A stretch of 64,000 nucleotides of DNA from Methanolinea sp. (GTDB lineage Archaea > Halobacteriota > Methanomicrobia > Methanomicrobiales > Methanospirillaceae): positions 6,989-70,988 of the forward strand of contig JANIHI010000008.1 in NCBI GenBank assembly GCA_024518585.1. The letters are read 5' to 3'. How positions within the stretch are numbered: the stretch's first letter is position 1; the number at the start of each line of letters is the position of its first letter. The notes beneath the pieces were generated by a model. The model was not told the origin of the DNA, searched no databases, and was given only the letters and a program-made list of their open reading frames with translations. The translations under genes were made by a program, and so were the position numbers. Shown piece by piece: positions 1 through 9,177 of this stretch.

Positions 1-938
1 TTCTCATTCTCGAATTTTTCCCACCTTTTCAGCGCTTTTCTGTAGAGCCCGGCTCTCCTTTTCTGACACTCGGTGAGCAGGTATGTCATCCCTGGCCTGA
101 TGTGGACGGCAAGTTCGGATCTCTCCCTCCCACCGGCAAGTATTCTCTCTTCCGTCTCCAGGAAACCGGGGAGCATGGCTATCCAGACATCCATATCGTG
201 CAATTGTCCAAGGATGTCCTGGAGGCGCCGGAGGTCCTTAATGGCGAAGAGAATCGCATCACCGGTCAGTGGTAAGTAAACCTCAAGGGTATACCGCAGT
301 TTCTTGACAGCGATCCTCATTGCATGGTGCCTTTCAACAGCCAAAGGATCCCTTATATCTTCCCGGAATTCCATGAGGGCCAGTAGTCTCTGCCTGATGG
401 CATCACGTGCCAATGTTGACAGCAAGGGGTCCGGCTCTGTGCCAGGGGACATTTCTGATTTTTTGTGGGCTTTAGCCCAGGCATGGAATTTGTCCGGGAT
501 CTTCTTCTGGCAGATCCGCGAAATGGCCTCCTCGACGGGGCCCTGGAGAGTTTCCCTCTCTTTTTCCAGGATGCGATAGATGTACTCGAGCCCGGGGAGG
601 AGGGATGGGTCTTTTGTCTTTCCTATCATATCCCGTAAAAATTCCAGCTGGACGTCCCTGTCCCGGGCCCTTGAAAGGGCCCTCGTGATGCGGCGGACCC
701 CTTTGATCCAGGATTCCCTCTCCTTTTTGGGCAGGCAGAAAGAAAAGACGGAGAGCGCAGCCCGGAGGCGTCTCGAGGCAACCCGCATGTCGTGGATAAA
801 CCCCGGATCCCGCGAACTCCTGGCGCCTCCTATCTGACCGGCAAATTTCAAAAAAAGTGGTGCAAGCACGGAATATCCGTATCCACAGATCCTCCTTTTC
901 TCTGGTGGAGTATAATCCGGCGGGGATTTACCCGTCAT
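1..938 (-). CDS. CHAD-domain protein (polyphosphate-binding), runs off the window edge
   Basis: Not in the ORF track because it is truncated. Manual translation from ATG 938 gives MTGKSPP...DPGFIHDMRVASRRLRAALSVF, the CHAD H..RV..RRLR motif. It overlaps the ppk1 stop by 11 bp. Confidence 0.85.
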   Translation of the reverse strand, partial: MTGKSPPDYTPPEKRRICGYGYSVLAPLFLKFAGQIGGARSSRDPGFIHDMRVASRRLRAALSVFSFCLPKKERESWIKGVRRITRALSRARDRDVQLEFLRDMIGKTKDPSLLPGLEYIYRILEKERETLQGPVEEAISRICQKKIPDKFHAWAKAHKKSEMSPGTEPDPLLSTLARDAIRQRLLALMEFREDIRDPLAVERHHAMRIAVKKLRYTLEVYLPLTGDAILFAIKDLRRLQDILGQLHDMDVWIAMLPGFLETEERILAGGRERSELAVHIRPGMTYLLTECQKRRAGLYRKALKRWEKFENE

Positions 939-3096
939 GGTACTGCCATACCCCCTTGTTCTCGAGGAACCAGGTCTGGGACCGGATCGGCTCCTCGTCC
1001 TCCTGTGGATGCAATCTGCGGTAGGTTCCATCCCCGAGGAGTTCCCAGGCCCTTGTATTGTCTTTCAGATGGATGGCAAGTATTTTGTCAAGGATTGCAT
1101 CCCTGAGTCCCGGATTTTTGACGGGAAAGAGGATCTCTACCCGGCGGTCGAGGTTTCGCGGCCGTAGGTCTGCACTTCCTAGGAAAACTTCATCCTCCCC
1201 CCTGTTATGGAAATGGTAGATCCGGGAATGCTCAAGAAACCTGTCCACGAGCGATGTGACCCGGATCGTGTTGCTGGTCCCCGGGATTCCCGGGCGGAGG
1301 CAGCATATCCCTCTCACGTCAAGCCTGATACGGACGCCGGCCATGGAGGCCCGGTAGAGCCACTGGATGATCTCCCTGTCCTCAAGCCCGTTGACCTTGA
1401 TTGTGATGGCGCCGTTGCCGGATTCTTCCTGGTGCTTGATTTCCCGTTTTATCCTGTTTAGCAGCTCCCTGCGGAGGCTGACAGGTGCGACGATGAGAGA
1501 CCGGAAAGACTGGATCCGGGAGTAACCGGTCAGCATGTTGAAGAGATCGGAGACATCCGCCCCGATCGAGGGATCAGTGGTAAAGAAGGAGAGATCTGCA
1601 TAGAGGCGGGCCGTTGTGGCGTTGTAATTGCCGGTCCCCATGTGGACGTAACGTACAATACGTTCGCCCTCCCGGCGGACAACCATGCAGACCTTTGCGT
1701 GGACTTTCAGCCCAAAGAGACCGTACACGATGTGGACGCCTGCACGTTCGAGGGCTTTTGCCCAGATAATATTCCTTTTTTCATCGAAACGTGCCTTTAA
1801 CTCGACAATAGCGGTAACCTGTTTCCCATTCTGGCGTGCTTCGATGAGGGCATCGATGAGGGGAGAATGTTCATCGATCCGGTAGAGGGTGATCTTGATG
1901 GCCAGAACATCGGGGTCTTCTGCTGCCTGCTGGAGAAATGAGATGACCGGCAGAAAGCTCTCGTAGGGATGGTAGAGAATGATGTCCCGGGTCCGAAGGG
2001 CAGAAAAAATATTTTTCTCAAGGAGAAAGGGAAGGGGAACAGAGGGAAGGAAAGGCGTATATTTCAGGTCAGGTCGCGAGACCGCTGTCATCTCCATGAG
2101 ATCGGCAAAACCGATCGGCCCGGGCAGCCGGTAAACAAGCTGGGGTGAGAGATCGAGTTTTCCCGCTATGATTGAACAGATCTCGGGTGGCGCCTTCTCA
2201 TCAATCTCCAGGCGGATGGGAAACCCCAGTCTCCGTGCCTCCATGCCCTCTTCGACAGCGGCGAGGAGGTCGGATGCCTCGTCTTCACGTATCTCGATAT
2301 CAGCGTCACGGGTTACACGGAAAGGATAGGCAGCGTTAATAGGCACCCCGGGAAAGAGGAGATCGAGATTGGACGCAACGAGGTCTTCCAGCAGGACATA
2401 TCCCGTCTCCTTCCCTGTCCCGTTATCCCGTTGAGGAGATATCCGGATTAATCGTGAAAAAATGGAGACCGGGACCTTTACGCGCGAGAAAAGGCGTCCC
2501 CTTTTTGGGTCCTTCAGAATCACAGCGAGGTTGAGGGAGAGGTTTGAGATGAAGGGGAATGGATGTGTGGCATCAAAAGCGAGGGGGGTGAGGACCGGTG
2601 CGATATCTGTTTCGAATTTCCCTCTCAGGTATTCCCTCTCGTCTTCCCGGAGGTCTGAATACCGTTTGATACGGATCCCCTGGAGTTCCAGGAGGGGCAC
2701 GAGCCGGTCTTGCCAGCATTCCCTGGACTCCTTGTAGAGTGAGGTGGCCATTTCGCGTATTTTTACCATTTGCTCATCGGGTGACAAGCCATCGGGGGGA
2801 AGTTCAAGGGCTCCGGCCTTCTGTTGTCTCCGGAGTCCGGAGACGCGAATCATGAAGAATTCATCAAGGTTGCTCGCGAAAAGTGCCAGAAATTTTACCC
2901 TCTCGAGAAGGGGATGGCAATCTGCCTTTGCCTCGCAGAGGATCCGCCGGGTGAACTGGAGCCAGCTGATCTCCCTGTTGATAAAGAGTGCAGGGGAATC
3001 AAGGGGGATCCCCGGTTCTCCCCCCGCATCATCAATTGCCGGTGTCAGAAGAGACCTCTCCCTTTTTCTCTCGTTGTAATTAGTATGGCTGACCAT
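928..3096 (-). CDS. ppk1: Polyphosphate kinase 1
   Basis: Motifs FINREISWLQF, SNLDEFFMIRV, HPFPFISNLSLN, ELKARFDE, KVHAK, GTGNYN and RFLEHSR. Start chosen at ATG 3096, downstream of a GGTGA RBS. Confidence 0.95.
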   Translation of the reverse strand: MVSHTNYNERKRERSLLTPAIDDAGGEPGIPLDSPALFINREISWLQFTRRILCEAKADCHPLLERVKFLALFASNLDEFFMIRVSGLRRQQKAGALELPPDGLSPDEQMVKIREMATSLYKESRECWQDRLVPLLELQGIRIKRYSDLREDEREYLRGKFETDIAPVLTPLAFDATHPFPFISNLSLNLAVILKDPKRGRLFSRVKVPVSIFSRLIRISPQRDNGTGKETGYVLLEDLVASNLDLLFPGVPINAAYPFRVTRDADIEIREDEASDLLAAVEEGMEARRLGFPIRLEIDEKAPPEICSIIAGKLDLSPQLVYRLPGPIGFADLMEMTAVSRPDLKYTPFLPSVPLPFLLEKNIFSALRTRDIILYHPYESFLPVISFLQQAAEDPDVLAIKITLYRIDEHSPLIDALIEARQNGKQVTAIVELKARFDEKRNIIWAKALERAGVHIVYGLFGLKVHAKVCMVVRREGERIVRYVHMGTGNYNATTARLYADLSFFTTDPSIGADVSDLFNMLTGYSRIQSFRSLIVAPVSLRRELLNRIKREIKHQEESGNGAITIKVNGLEDREIIQWLYRASMAGVRIRLDVRGICCLRPGIPGTSNTIRVTSLVDRFLEHSRIYHFHNRGEDEVFLGSADLRPRNLDRRVEILFPVKNPGLRDAILDKILAIHLKDNTRAWELLGDGTYRRLHPQEDEEPIRSQTWFLENKGVWQYHDG

Positions 3097-3344
3097 TTCA
3101 ATAAAATCACCCATGATGCGTTCAGGATCAGGCACGTTGGATGAGAACAAGGAGGCATTTTCACAGAAAATGCCCTTTGCTGCCATGCAGGTGAGAATAA
3201 AAGATGGAAATGGGTGCATCAGTCATAGTCGGGACCGCGTCTGCAGATTCCCTTGGGGGACTTTTGACCGGTTTTTCACAATTTGGCTGGTATCATTTTT
3301 TATCACCACCTCTCACCATCAGGATACCTGAAACCTCTGAGTAA

Positions 3345-3371
3345 TTCAAATTTTTTTGAACAAATTTAATA
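3345..3371 (+). promoter_or_regulatory. TTCA-N8-TGAA inverted repeat followed by a TATA-like box (DUF2193 operon promoter)
   Basis: TTCAAATTTTTTTGAA at 3345-3360, then TTTAATA at 3365-3371. Confidence 0.6.
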
Positions 3372-3449
3372 TACGGGGAGGAGTGAATGGAACAATACTG
3401 GACTCCCCGGGCAGGACCCAGGGAGACCAGCAGAAGGGGGAATGAAGAA

Positions 3450-4949
3450 ATGTCTGAATTATACAAAAAAATGGTCCACGAGGCGATGGCAGCCCAGCGG
3501 GCCGACGTGGAAACGGTCAGGAAGAAGAGAGGACAGTCCTTTGTCATCGATGATGCAAAGGCATACCTCGATGCCGTGAAGTTGATGAAACCAATCGGGG
3601 AACAGTCAAAAGCAGTCTTCTCCCTTCACGTGGAATCGGTCAAAGCCCATTTTGACGTCCTCGAGAAACTGACACAAACCGTCCGGCCCGAAGATGATCC
3701 CTTTGTCGAGCATTACCAGACACCCGTGGTGATGGAAATCCTCTACGACCAGGACCCGGCGTTCAAGAAGAGCGTTGATGCCTTCGTCAAGGCGATTGGA
3801 AAGGCCGAGGCACTCATCGGGAAGGAGTCTGCCCGCCGGTATGCAGGCTTCTATGGGCCGACCTGTGTTGTTGACTTTGCACTCATTCCGGGCAGCACGA
3901 GCAATGTCGTGAACCAGGTCCTGCAGAAGACCGATATCCCTGCCGCCCACAAGCAGGCGATCCTTGCTTCAAAGTCCTGGGGCATGAACACGTCATACGG
4001 GATTGGGGAGGTATTTGCCCACGAGGTCGAGAAGGGTGCCACCCTTGCCGATGCGGTCAAAGCAGAGATCAAGATGCTCCAGGCGGTCTACGAAAACCCG
4101 GTGGAGACGCAGGCAAAGCTGATGGACGATGCCGGAATGAGCTCATTTGACTGCCGGAAGTACATGTCCGGGTACCGGAAAAAGATGGAAGCTCCGGTCA
4201 GGGCGGCGATCGATGACGGAATCCACTACGGAAACATCGTTACAATTCCCGCGTACTGCGTGGGGGATATTGCCCACCACATCGCCCAGTCCACCTTCAA
4301 CATGTGCAAGGACGACGTCATCATGGCCACGATCGATGCTGCCACCGAGGTAATGGACAGGAACCTGAACGCAGCAGTCCCGAAATTCAGGAACGAATAT
4401 GATGTCCTCTCGGTTGCGACCGGGGCTTCGGCCTGTGCTGCCGAGTACCTCCTGGAACTGGACGGCTTTAATGCCATCATGGTAGTCGACCTCCTCACGA
4501 AACGGTGGCACAACTATGTGCAGCTTTACCCGCGCCGTGGGGCAGCGGCCGAACTGCACAACTGCGACTTCATGGACATGATCTACCGGGGCTGGAAGTA
4601 CATCGATAAGGCCAGGCGGGCCCAGAACGGGCATTCCGGCATGTTGAAACCGAAAGTGGGAGGCTTCGATATTGACCTTTCGCCGATCCACGAGAACGAG
4701 GTCCTCATGAACCCCCAGCGGTATGCGTACCCGGCATGTGCCATCACCGTGCGTGCGTCGGCGATGCTGCGCCTCGCCGACTATCCCTGCCTCTTGACAA
4801 GCGAGCCCGTGACGGCGACCCTCATGACCAACATCATCGCCCTGCACAAGGAGGTTGCCGCAGCCCCGGCCAGGATCTGCAAGGACTGTGCATCGGCAGC
4901 GCTCATGGACTTCCGGCATTGCTATTGCCAGTGGAGAGAAGCAGTCTAA
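3450..4949 (+). CDS. DUF2193 family protein with Cys-rich C-terminus
   Basis: MSELYKKMVHEAMAAQRADV N-terminus, PFVEHYQ, SKSWGM and C-terminal CKDC...HCYC resemble the methanogen DUF2193 family. It sits next to DUF2180. Confidence 0.8.
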   Translation: MSELYKKMVHEAMAAQRADVETVRKKRGQSFVIDDAKAYLDAVKLMKPIGEQSKAVFSLHVESVKAHFDVLEKLTQTVRPEDDPFVEHYQTPVVMEILYDQDPAFKKSVDAFVKAIGKAEALIGKESARRYAGFYGPTCVVDFALIPGSTSNVVNQVLQKTDIPAAHKQAILASKSWGMNTSYGIGEVFAHEVEKGATLADAVKAEIKMLQAVYENPVETQAKLMDDAGMSSFDCRKYMSGYRKKMEAPVRAAIDDGIHYGNIVTIPAYCVGDIAHHIAQSTFNMCKDDVIMATIDAATEVMDRNLNAAVPKFRNEYDVLSVATGASACAAEYLLELDGFNAIMVVDLLTKRWHNYVQLYPRRGAAAELHNCDFMDMIYRGWKYIDKARRAQNGHSGMLKPKVGGFDIDLSPIHENEVLMNPQRYAYPACAITVRASAMLRLADYPCLLTSEPVTATLMTNIIALHKEVAAAPARICKDCASAALMDFRHCYCQWREAV

Positions 4950-4969
4950 AGCAGAGCTGGTGAGGTCAC

Positions 4970-5179
4970 ATGAAGTGCTATGTCTGTGTGAAAGAAGGGC
5001 GGTCCACCGATGCGGTTGCGGTGTGTATCGTCTGCGGCATGGGTCTTTGCAAAGATCATGCCATACGCGAGGAATTGGACCTGTGGGAGGGGGGCTACCC
5101 CTTCCCGGCCAAGAAGGTGAAGGCAAAGATCCCACGCATTCTCTGTCCCGAGTGCTACCAGGCACTCAAGGGGAAGTGA
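4970..5179 (+). CDS. DUF2180 family small zinc-finger protein
   Basis: MKCYVC...AVAVCIVCGMGLCKDH...RILCPEC pattern, with a GGTGAGG RBS upstream. Confidence 0.85.
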   Translation: MKCYVCVKEGRSTDAVAVCIVCGMGLCKDHAIREELDLWEGGYPFPAKKVKAKIPRILCPECYQALKGK

Positions 5180-5183
5180 GACG

Positions 5184-5939
5184 ATGAGCGATCTCGCAAA
5201 GCGTTGCATTGCAGAACTTGCCGGCACCGCCCTCCTCGTCTATTTCGGTGCAGGTGCCGCGGCAATCACCCTCATGATCGCCCGCGGAACAGACACGGGG
5301 ACACCCTTCAACATCGGCATTGGGGCACTGGGAGGGCTTGGGGACTGGTTTGCCATCGGGATGGCGTTTGCCATCGTGATCGCCGCAGTCATCTATTCGA
5401 TGGGAAGGGTCTCGGGCGCCCATATCAACCCTGCCGTGACTGTCGCGCTCTTCGCAACGAAGAGGTTTCCCGCCGGCGATGCCGGTGCGTACATCGTTGC
5501 CCAGCTGGTCGGGGGAGCCATTGGCAGCCTGCTCTTTGCCGCCAGTGCAGGGATGGAGGCGGTCATGGTCGGGGGACTCGGGGCTACTGCACCCTTCCCG
5601 GGGATCGGCTACGGCCAGGCGATCCTCGCGGAAGCAATCGGCACCTTTGTCCTGATGCTGGTTATCATGGGCATTGCCGTCGATAAGAAGGCACCCCAGG
5701 GTTTTGCCGGGTTGATCATCGGGTTGACCGTCGGAGGGGTGATCACGACAACCGGCAACATCGCGGGCGCATCCCTCAATACGGCCCGCACATTCGGCCC
5801 GTACCTGGTCGATTCCCTCCTGGGGGGACCGGACCTCTGGGTGTACTTCCCGATCTACATCATCGGCCCCATCATCGGTGCGGTCATTGCGGCGTTCTTC
5901 TATGACTACCTTGCAGGGGAAGGCAGTGCGACTGCCTGA
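5184..5939 (+). CDS. aqpM: MIP family channel, AqpM-type aquaporin
   Basis: KRCIAELAGT, SGAHINPAVT, LGATAPFPGIGYGQAILAE and SLNTARTFGP (second NPA reads NTA). Confidence 0.9.
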   Translation: MSDLAKRCIAELAGTALLVYFGAGAAAITLMIARGTDTGTPFNIGIGALGGLGDWFAIGMAFAIVIAAVIYSMGRVSGAHINPAVTVALFATKRFPAGDAGAYIVAQLVGGAIGSLLFAASAGMEAVMVGGLGATAPFPGIGYGQAILAEAIGTFVLMLVIMGIAVDKKAPQGFAGLIIGLTVGGVITTTGNIAGASLNTARTFGPYLVDSLLGGPDLWVYFPIYIIGPIIGAVIAAFFYDYLAGEGSATA

Positions 5940-6117
5940 ATGAGGGTAAAAAGACGAGCACCGGAGAGAAACCATGGCAGAAAAGGGGCTGCCATGTCCC
6001 TATCAGGAGTCGGGCGGGCAGTCCAGTTCCCCCTCTCTTCTCTCGTGTCCCGGGTAATGGGATGCCATTGACACAGGACGTGCAGTTTTTATACCAGTGA
6101 CCGGCAAGTCCTGCATC

Positions 6118-6273
6118 ATGTGCCGGAAAGTTATCTGTCCCTCCTGCAGGGAGGCGAAAGTGCGTGTCGCCATGATGAGGGCGTACATCAGGCCGAGGGG
6201 GCCCGATGGAAGACCCCGGTTGGTCCCGGTCGGGTGGTGGTGCCCCTCGTGCGGAGGATTCCAGAAGGAGTGA
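6118..6273 (+). CDS. Small CPxCG-type zinc-finger microprotein (51 aa)
   Basis: Manual translation MCRKVICPSCREAKVRVAMMRAYIRPRGPDGRPRLVPVGWWCPSCGGFQKE. A TTTTTATA box at 6086-6093 lies about 25 nt upstream. The ORF is below the track cutoff. Confidence 0.6.
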   Translation: MCRKVICPSCREAKVRVAMMRAYIRPRGPDGRPRLVPVGWWCPSCGGFQKE

Positions 6274-6344
6274 TATCGGGAGAAACCATTTTCTTTTTCC
6301 CCGACCCGGAACAAATATCTCCCCGGCCCAAAAAAGACTCTCCC

Positions 6345-6725
6345 ATGGGCCAGTGGGTCAGGGACATGGTCGGGCTCGGTGTATTTCTCTGGTTACTCGG
6401 TTATATCGCCTCAATCCTGCTCTTTTTTTCGCCGTATGCCCCCATCATGGGATGGGTCATTACTCCTGCATTCATTCCGGTTACCATTGCCATCACATGG
6501 TGGTGGTTCCGGCGACGAAGGCTCCCTCTTTCCTATTACATCCGGGTGGGACTGGTCTGGACAGTTATTGCTGTTGTATTCGACTACCTTTTCATCGTCG
6601 TGCTCTTTCATGCCACCTATTACGCCATCGATGTCTTTTTGTACTATGGCCTGACGTTCCTGATACCTGTCGGAGTCGGCCTGTTCATTGACCAAAGCGA
6701 GGGGAAAAAGGACACGGAAGGGTGA
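6345..6725 (+). CDS. Hypothetical 4-TM membrane protein
   Basis: Four hydrophobic segments starting from MGQWVRDMVGLGVFLWLLGY. Confidence 0.7.
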   Translation: MGQWVRDMVGLGVFLWLLGYIASILLFFSPYAPIMGWVITPAFIPVTIAITWWWFRRRRLPLSYYIRVGLVWTVIAVVFDYLFIVVLFHATYYAIDVFLYYGLTFLIPVGVGLFIDQSEGKKDTEG

Positions 6726-6922
6726 AAAGGGGCCCGTGGGGAGCAGAAAAAGTCACCCTGTACTCCCTTTTCGATCTGAGGCGGACCCGGACAGTCTCAT
6801 TTCCCAACCTGCTTACGAAGGTATTGGGGGAGCTCGTTTTTTTCGGGTGATTTTTGGGGGTGGTATGTCCCAAATATCCCTTGCTTGCGGGAGAGGGAAC
6901 CACCCTTGTCATTTCCGCCATG

Positions 6923-6964
6923 TTCATATATGTTGAACGATGATATTTCAAATGTATTTGAAAT
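6923..6964 (+). promoter_or_regulatory. Tandem inverted repeats (ArsR/SmtB-like operator) upstream of the permease operon
   Basis: TTCA-N7-TGAA at 6923-6937 and a perfect ATTTCAAAT-GT-ATTTGAAAT at 6945-6964. Confidence 0.7.
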
Positions 6965-7077
6965 GACTTTATTCGTGTTGTTTCCCCAAAACCGAGGGAC
7001 GATGGGTGTCCGGGTCCCTTGGATGTGCGAGTCTCTCAGATGGCGCAGGGGACCCCGGAGTCATGGAAGGGATTGCA

Positions 7078-8151
7078 ATGATTGATGCTCTCATCGGATC
7101 GCTCATGCTTGGCTGGGAGACGCTCGCGGGATACCTCCAGGAGCATGTCCTCACCTGCCTCGTGCCCGCGTTCTTCATCGCCGGCGCGATAGCCATCTTT
7201 ATCAAGAAGGAGGCTATCCTCAAGTATTTCAGCCCTGACTCCCCGAAACCGGTTGCCTACGGGCTGGCATCGGTATCGGGGACGGTGCTTGCGGTCTGCT
7301 CCTGCACCATACTCCCGATGTTTGCCGGGCTCTTCAAGAGGGGGAGCGGGATCGGCCCTGCCACCACGTTTCTCTATGCAGGACCTGCCATCAACATCCT
7401 TGCCATTGTCTACACCGCAAAGGTGCTCGGATTTGACCTCGGGATTGCAAGGGCAGTCTTTGCTATCGGGATGTCGATCCTCATCGGCCTGATCATGGCG
7501 ATGCTCTTTCGGTCCTACGATACGGAGACGAAGGAGAAGATGAAACTCATGCCCTCGGTCCCCGCGGGTGAGAGGCCGGAGCGACCTGGATGGGCTGTCC
7601 CCCTCTTCTTCGTCCTGCTCGTCGGCATCCTGGTCACGGCCACTGCGCGGGTCGACTGGATGATCAAGTTCCCTATCATCTACGCCATGACCCTGGTGGT
7701 CGCCTACCTCCTGGTCTACTTCTTCGAGCGGGACGAGGTCACCGAGTGGGGATACGAGACCTGGGACCTGACAAAGAAGATCTTCCCCATCCTCATCATT
7801 GGGACCTTCTTCCTCGGGATGCTCGCCTTCTTCCTCCCGCCCGAGTCTTTCCGTCCGTTCTTCGGGAACAACTCTATCCTTTCCACGCTCCTTGCAGCCA
7901 TCGTGGGAACAATCCTGTACATGCCGACCCTGCTTGAGGTGCCAGTTATCGGGACCACGTTTGGCTACACGACTGGCGTGATGGCGGGAGGCCCTGCACT
8001 CTCCCTCCTCCTCTCAGGCCCGAGTGTCAGCCTCCCCTCGCTCCTCGTGCTCTCCCGCATCATGGGGGCAAAAAAGACTGTCACGTATGCGATACTGGTC
8101 ATTGCCTTCTCGGCTCTTGCAGGGTTTGCCTACGGGGTGTTTCTGGGGTAG
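7078..8151 (+). CDS. ArsP/DUF318 family permease
   Basis: HVLTCLVPAFFIAGAI, AVCSCTILP, FLYAGPAINI and LLSGPSVSLPS motifs. Confidence 0.85.
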   Translation: MIDALIGSLMLGWETLAGYLQEHVLTCLVPAFFIAGAIAIFIKKEAILKYFSPDSPKPVAYGLASVSGTVLAVCSCTILPMFAGLFKRGSGIGPATTFLYAGPAINILAIVYTAKVLGFDLGIARAVFAIGMSILIGLIMAMLFRSYDTETKEKMKLMPSVPAGERPERPGWAVPLFFVLLVGILVTATARVDWMIKFPIIYAMTLVVAYLLVYFFERDEVTEWGYETWDLTKKIFPILIIGTFFLGMLAFFLPPESFRPFFGNNSILSTLLAAIVGTILYMPTLLEVPVIGTTFGYTTGVMAGGPALSLLLSGPSVSLPSLLVLSRIMGAKKTVTYAILVIAFSALAGFAYGVFLG

Positions 8152-8164
8152 GGTGAAGTATCAT

Positions 8165-8425
8165 ATGGGAGAGAGAGATAAACCGTGCTGTGCGGCAGAA
8201 GCTCTCCGGCGTATCCGGCAGGTGGACGTCGGGGGTATTACCGTCGGGCTCGCGATGCTCGATGACATCATCGATGAGGTGCAGGGGCTCCACCTTGCAT
8301 CAAAAGATGCGATTGTCAACGAGCTCGTCAAGCGCATAAAGGTCTATAATTACGTTCCCCCATCAGCGGAGGACAAGTATCGGGAAGCAATGTATCGTGA
8401 GTATGAAAAAAAGGTGAAATCATGA
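8165..8425 (+). CDS. Small hypothetical protein with an N-terminal vicinal Cys-Cys
   Basis: MGERDKPCCAAEALRRIRQVDVGG...YNYVP. Has a GGTGA RBS and an ATGA overlap with the next gene. Confidence 0.75.
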   Translation: MGERDKPCCAAEALRRIRQVDVGGITVGLAMLDDIIDEVQGLHLASKDAIVNELVKRIKVYNYVPPSAEDKYREAMYREYEKKVKS

Positions 8426-8655
8426 AGATCGAGATCCTTGGGACTGGGTGCATGAAGTGCAAACGGCTGGCAAAGAACGTTGAACACGCAGTCGCGGAGA
8501 TGGGGATTTCCGCCGAGATCCAGAAGGTGGAGGACATCACCGCGATCATGGACCGGGGGGTCATGCTCACCCCTGCGCTGATAGTGGATGGTGAACTGAA
8601 GGTTTCGGGTAGGGTAGCCGATGTAAAAGAATTGAAGGAGATCCTAAAGAGGTGA
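8422..8655 (+). CDS. MTH895/TM0996-type thioredoxin-like redox-active disulfide protein
   Basis: MKIEILGTGCMKC...GVMLTPALIVDG. Confidence 0.9.
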   Translation: MKIEILGTGCMKCKRLAKNVEHAVAEMGISAEIQKVEDITAIMDRGVMLTPALIVDGELKVSGRVADVKELKEILKR

Positions 8656-8660
8656 AATCA

Positions 8661-9056
8661 ATGGCAGAGGAAATGAAATGCGTATGCGGTGGACCCGGAG
8701 TGGGAGAAGGTGGGAAGAAAAGGGTTCTCTTCCCCTGTTCCGGTGCCTCCAACACAGGCCAGATCTCCAACCATGCAGCGGTCCGGCTCGCACAGGAGGG
8801 TTTTGGTATCCTCGCCTGCACGGCAGGGATTCCCATCCGTGCCCCTGCGACGATGGACAAGGTTGAGAAAGGGGAGGAGATGGTCGCCATCGACGGGTGT
8901 CCCGTCGCGTGTGCAAGAAAGGTGCTTGAGCAGCAGGGGATCACGGTTGGCCAGCATATCATTGTGACCGACCTTGGGATCAAGAAAACCGGTGAGCTGA
9001 TACCGTCCGAAGAAGAGATCGAGAAGGTCGTTGACGCCGCGTGGAGCAGTTCATAA
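8661..9056 (+). CDS. DGC-domain putative zinc-binding protein
   Basis: CSGASNTGQ and AIDGCPVACARK motifs. Confidence 0.9.
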   Translation: MAEEMKCVCGGPGVGEGGKKRVLFPCSGASNTGQISNHAAVRLAQEGFGILACTAGIPIRAPATMDKVEKGEEMVAIDGCPVACARKVLEQQGITVGQHIIVTDLGIKKTGELIPSEEEIEKVVDAAWSSS

Positions 9057-9177
9057 AGGCGAGCGATACGTTCACCCACAGTCCTGGGATACGGAATGTC
9101 CCCCTCAGGCATCATGCATGGAATGAATGGAGAGAGGGCAGAGGAAAAGGAGAAAACAGTATCCTCGTAAAGGGGGA

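Noticed and set aside
5974..6273. Possible read-through ORF from ATG 5974 into the Zn-finger microprotein
   Set aside because: The intervening stop is TAA (6055), not a Sec or Pyl codon, and the upstream peptide is low-complexity.
6120..6344. N-terminal extension of the 6120..6725 ORF
   Set aside because: It overlaps the better-supported microprotein; the membrane protein plausibly starts at ATG 6345.
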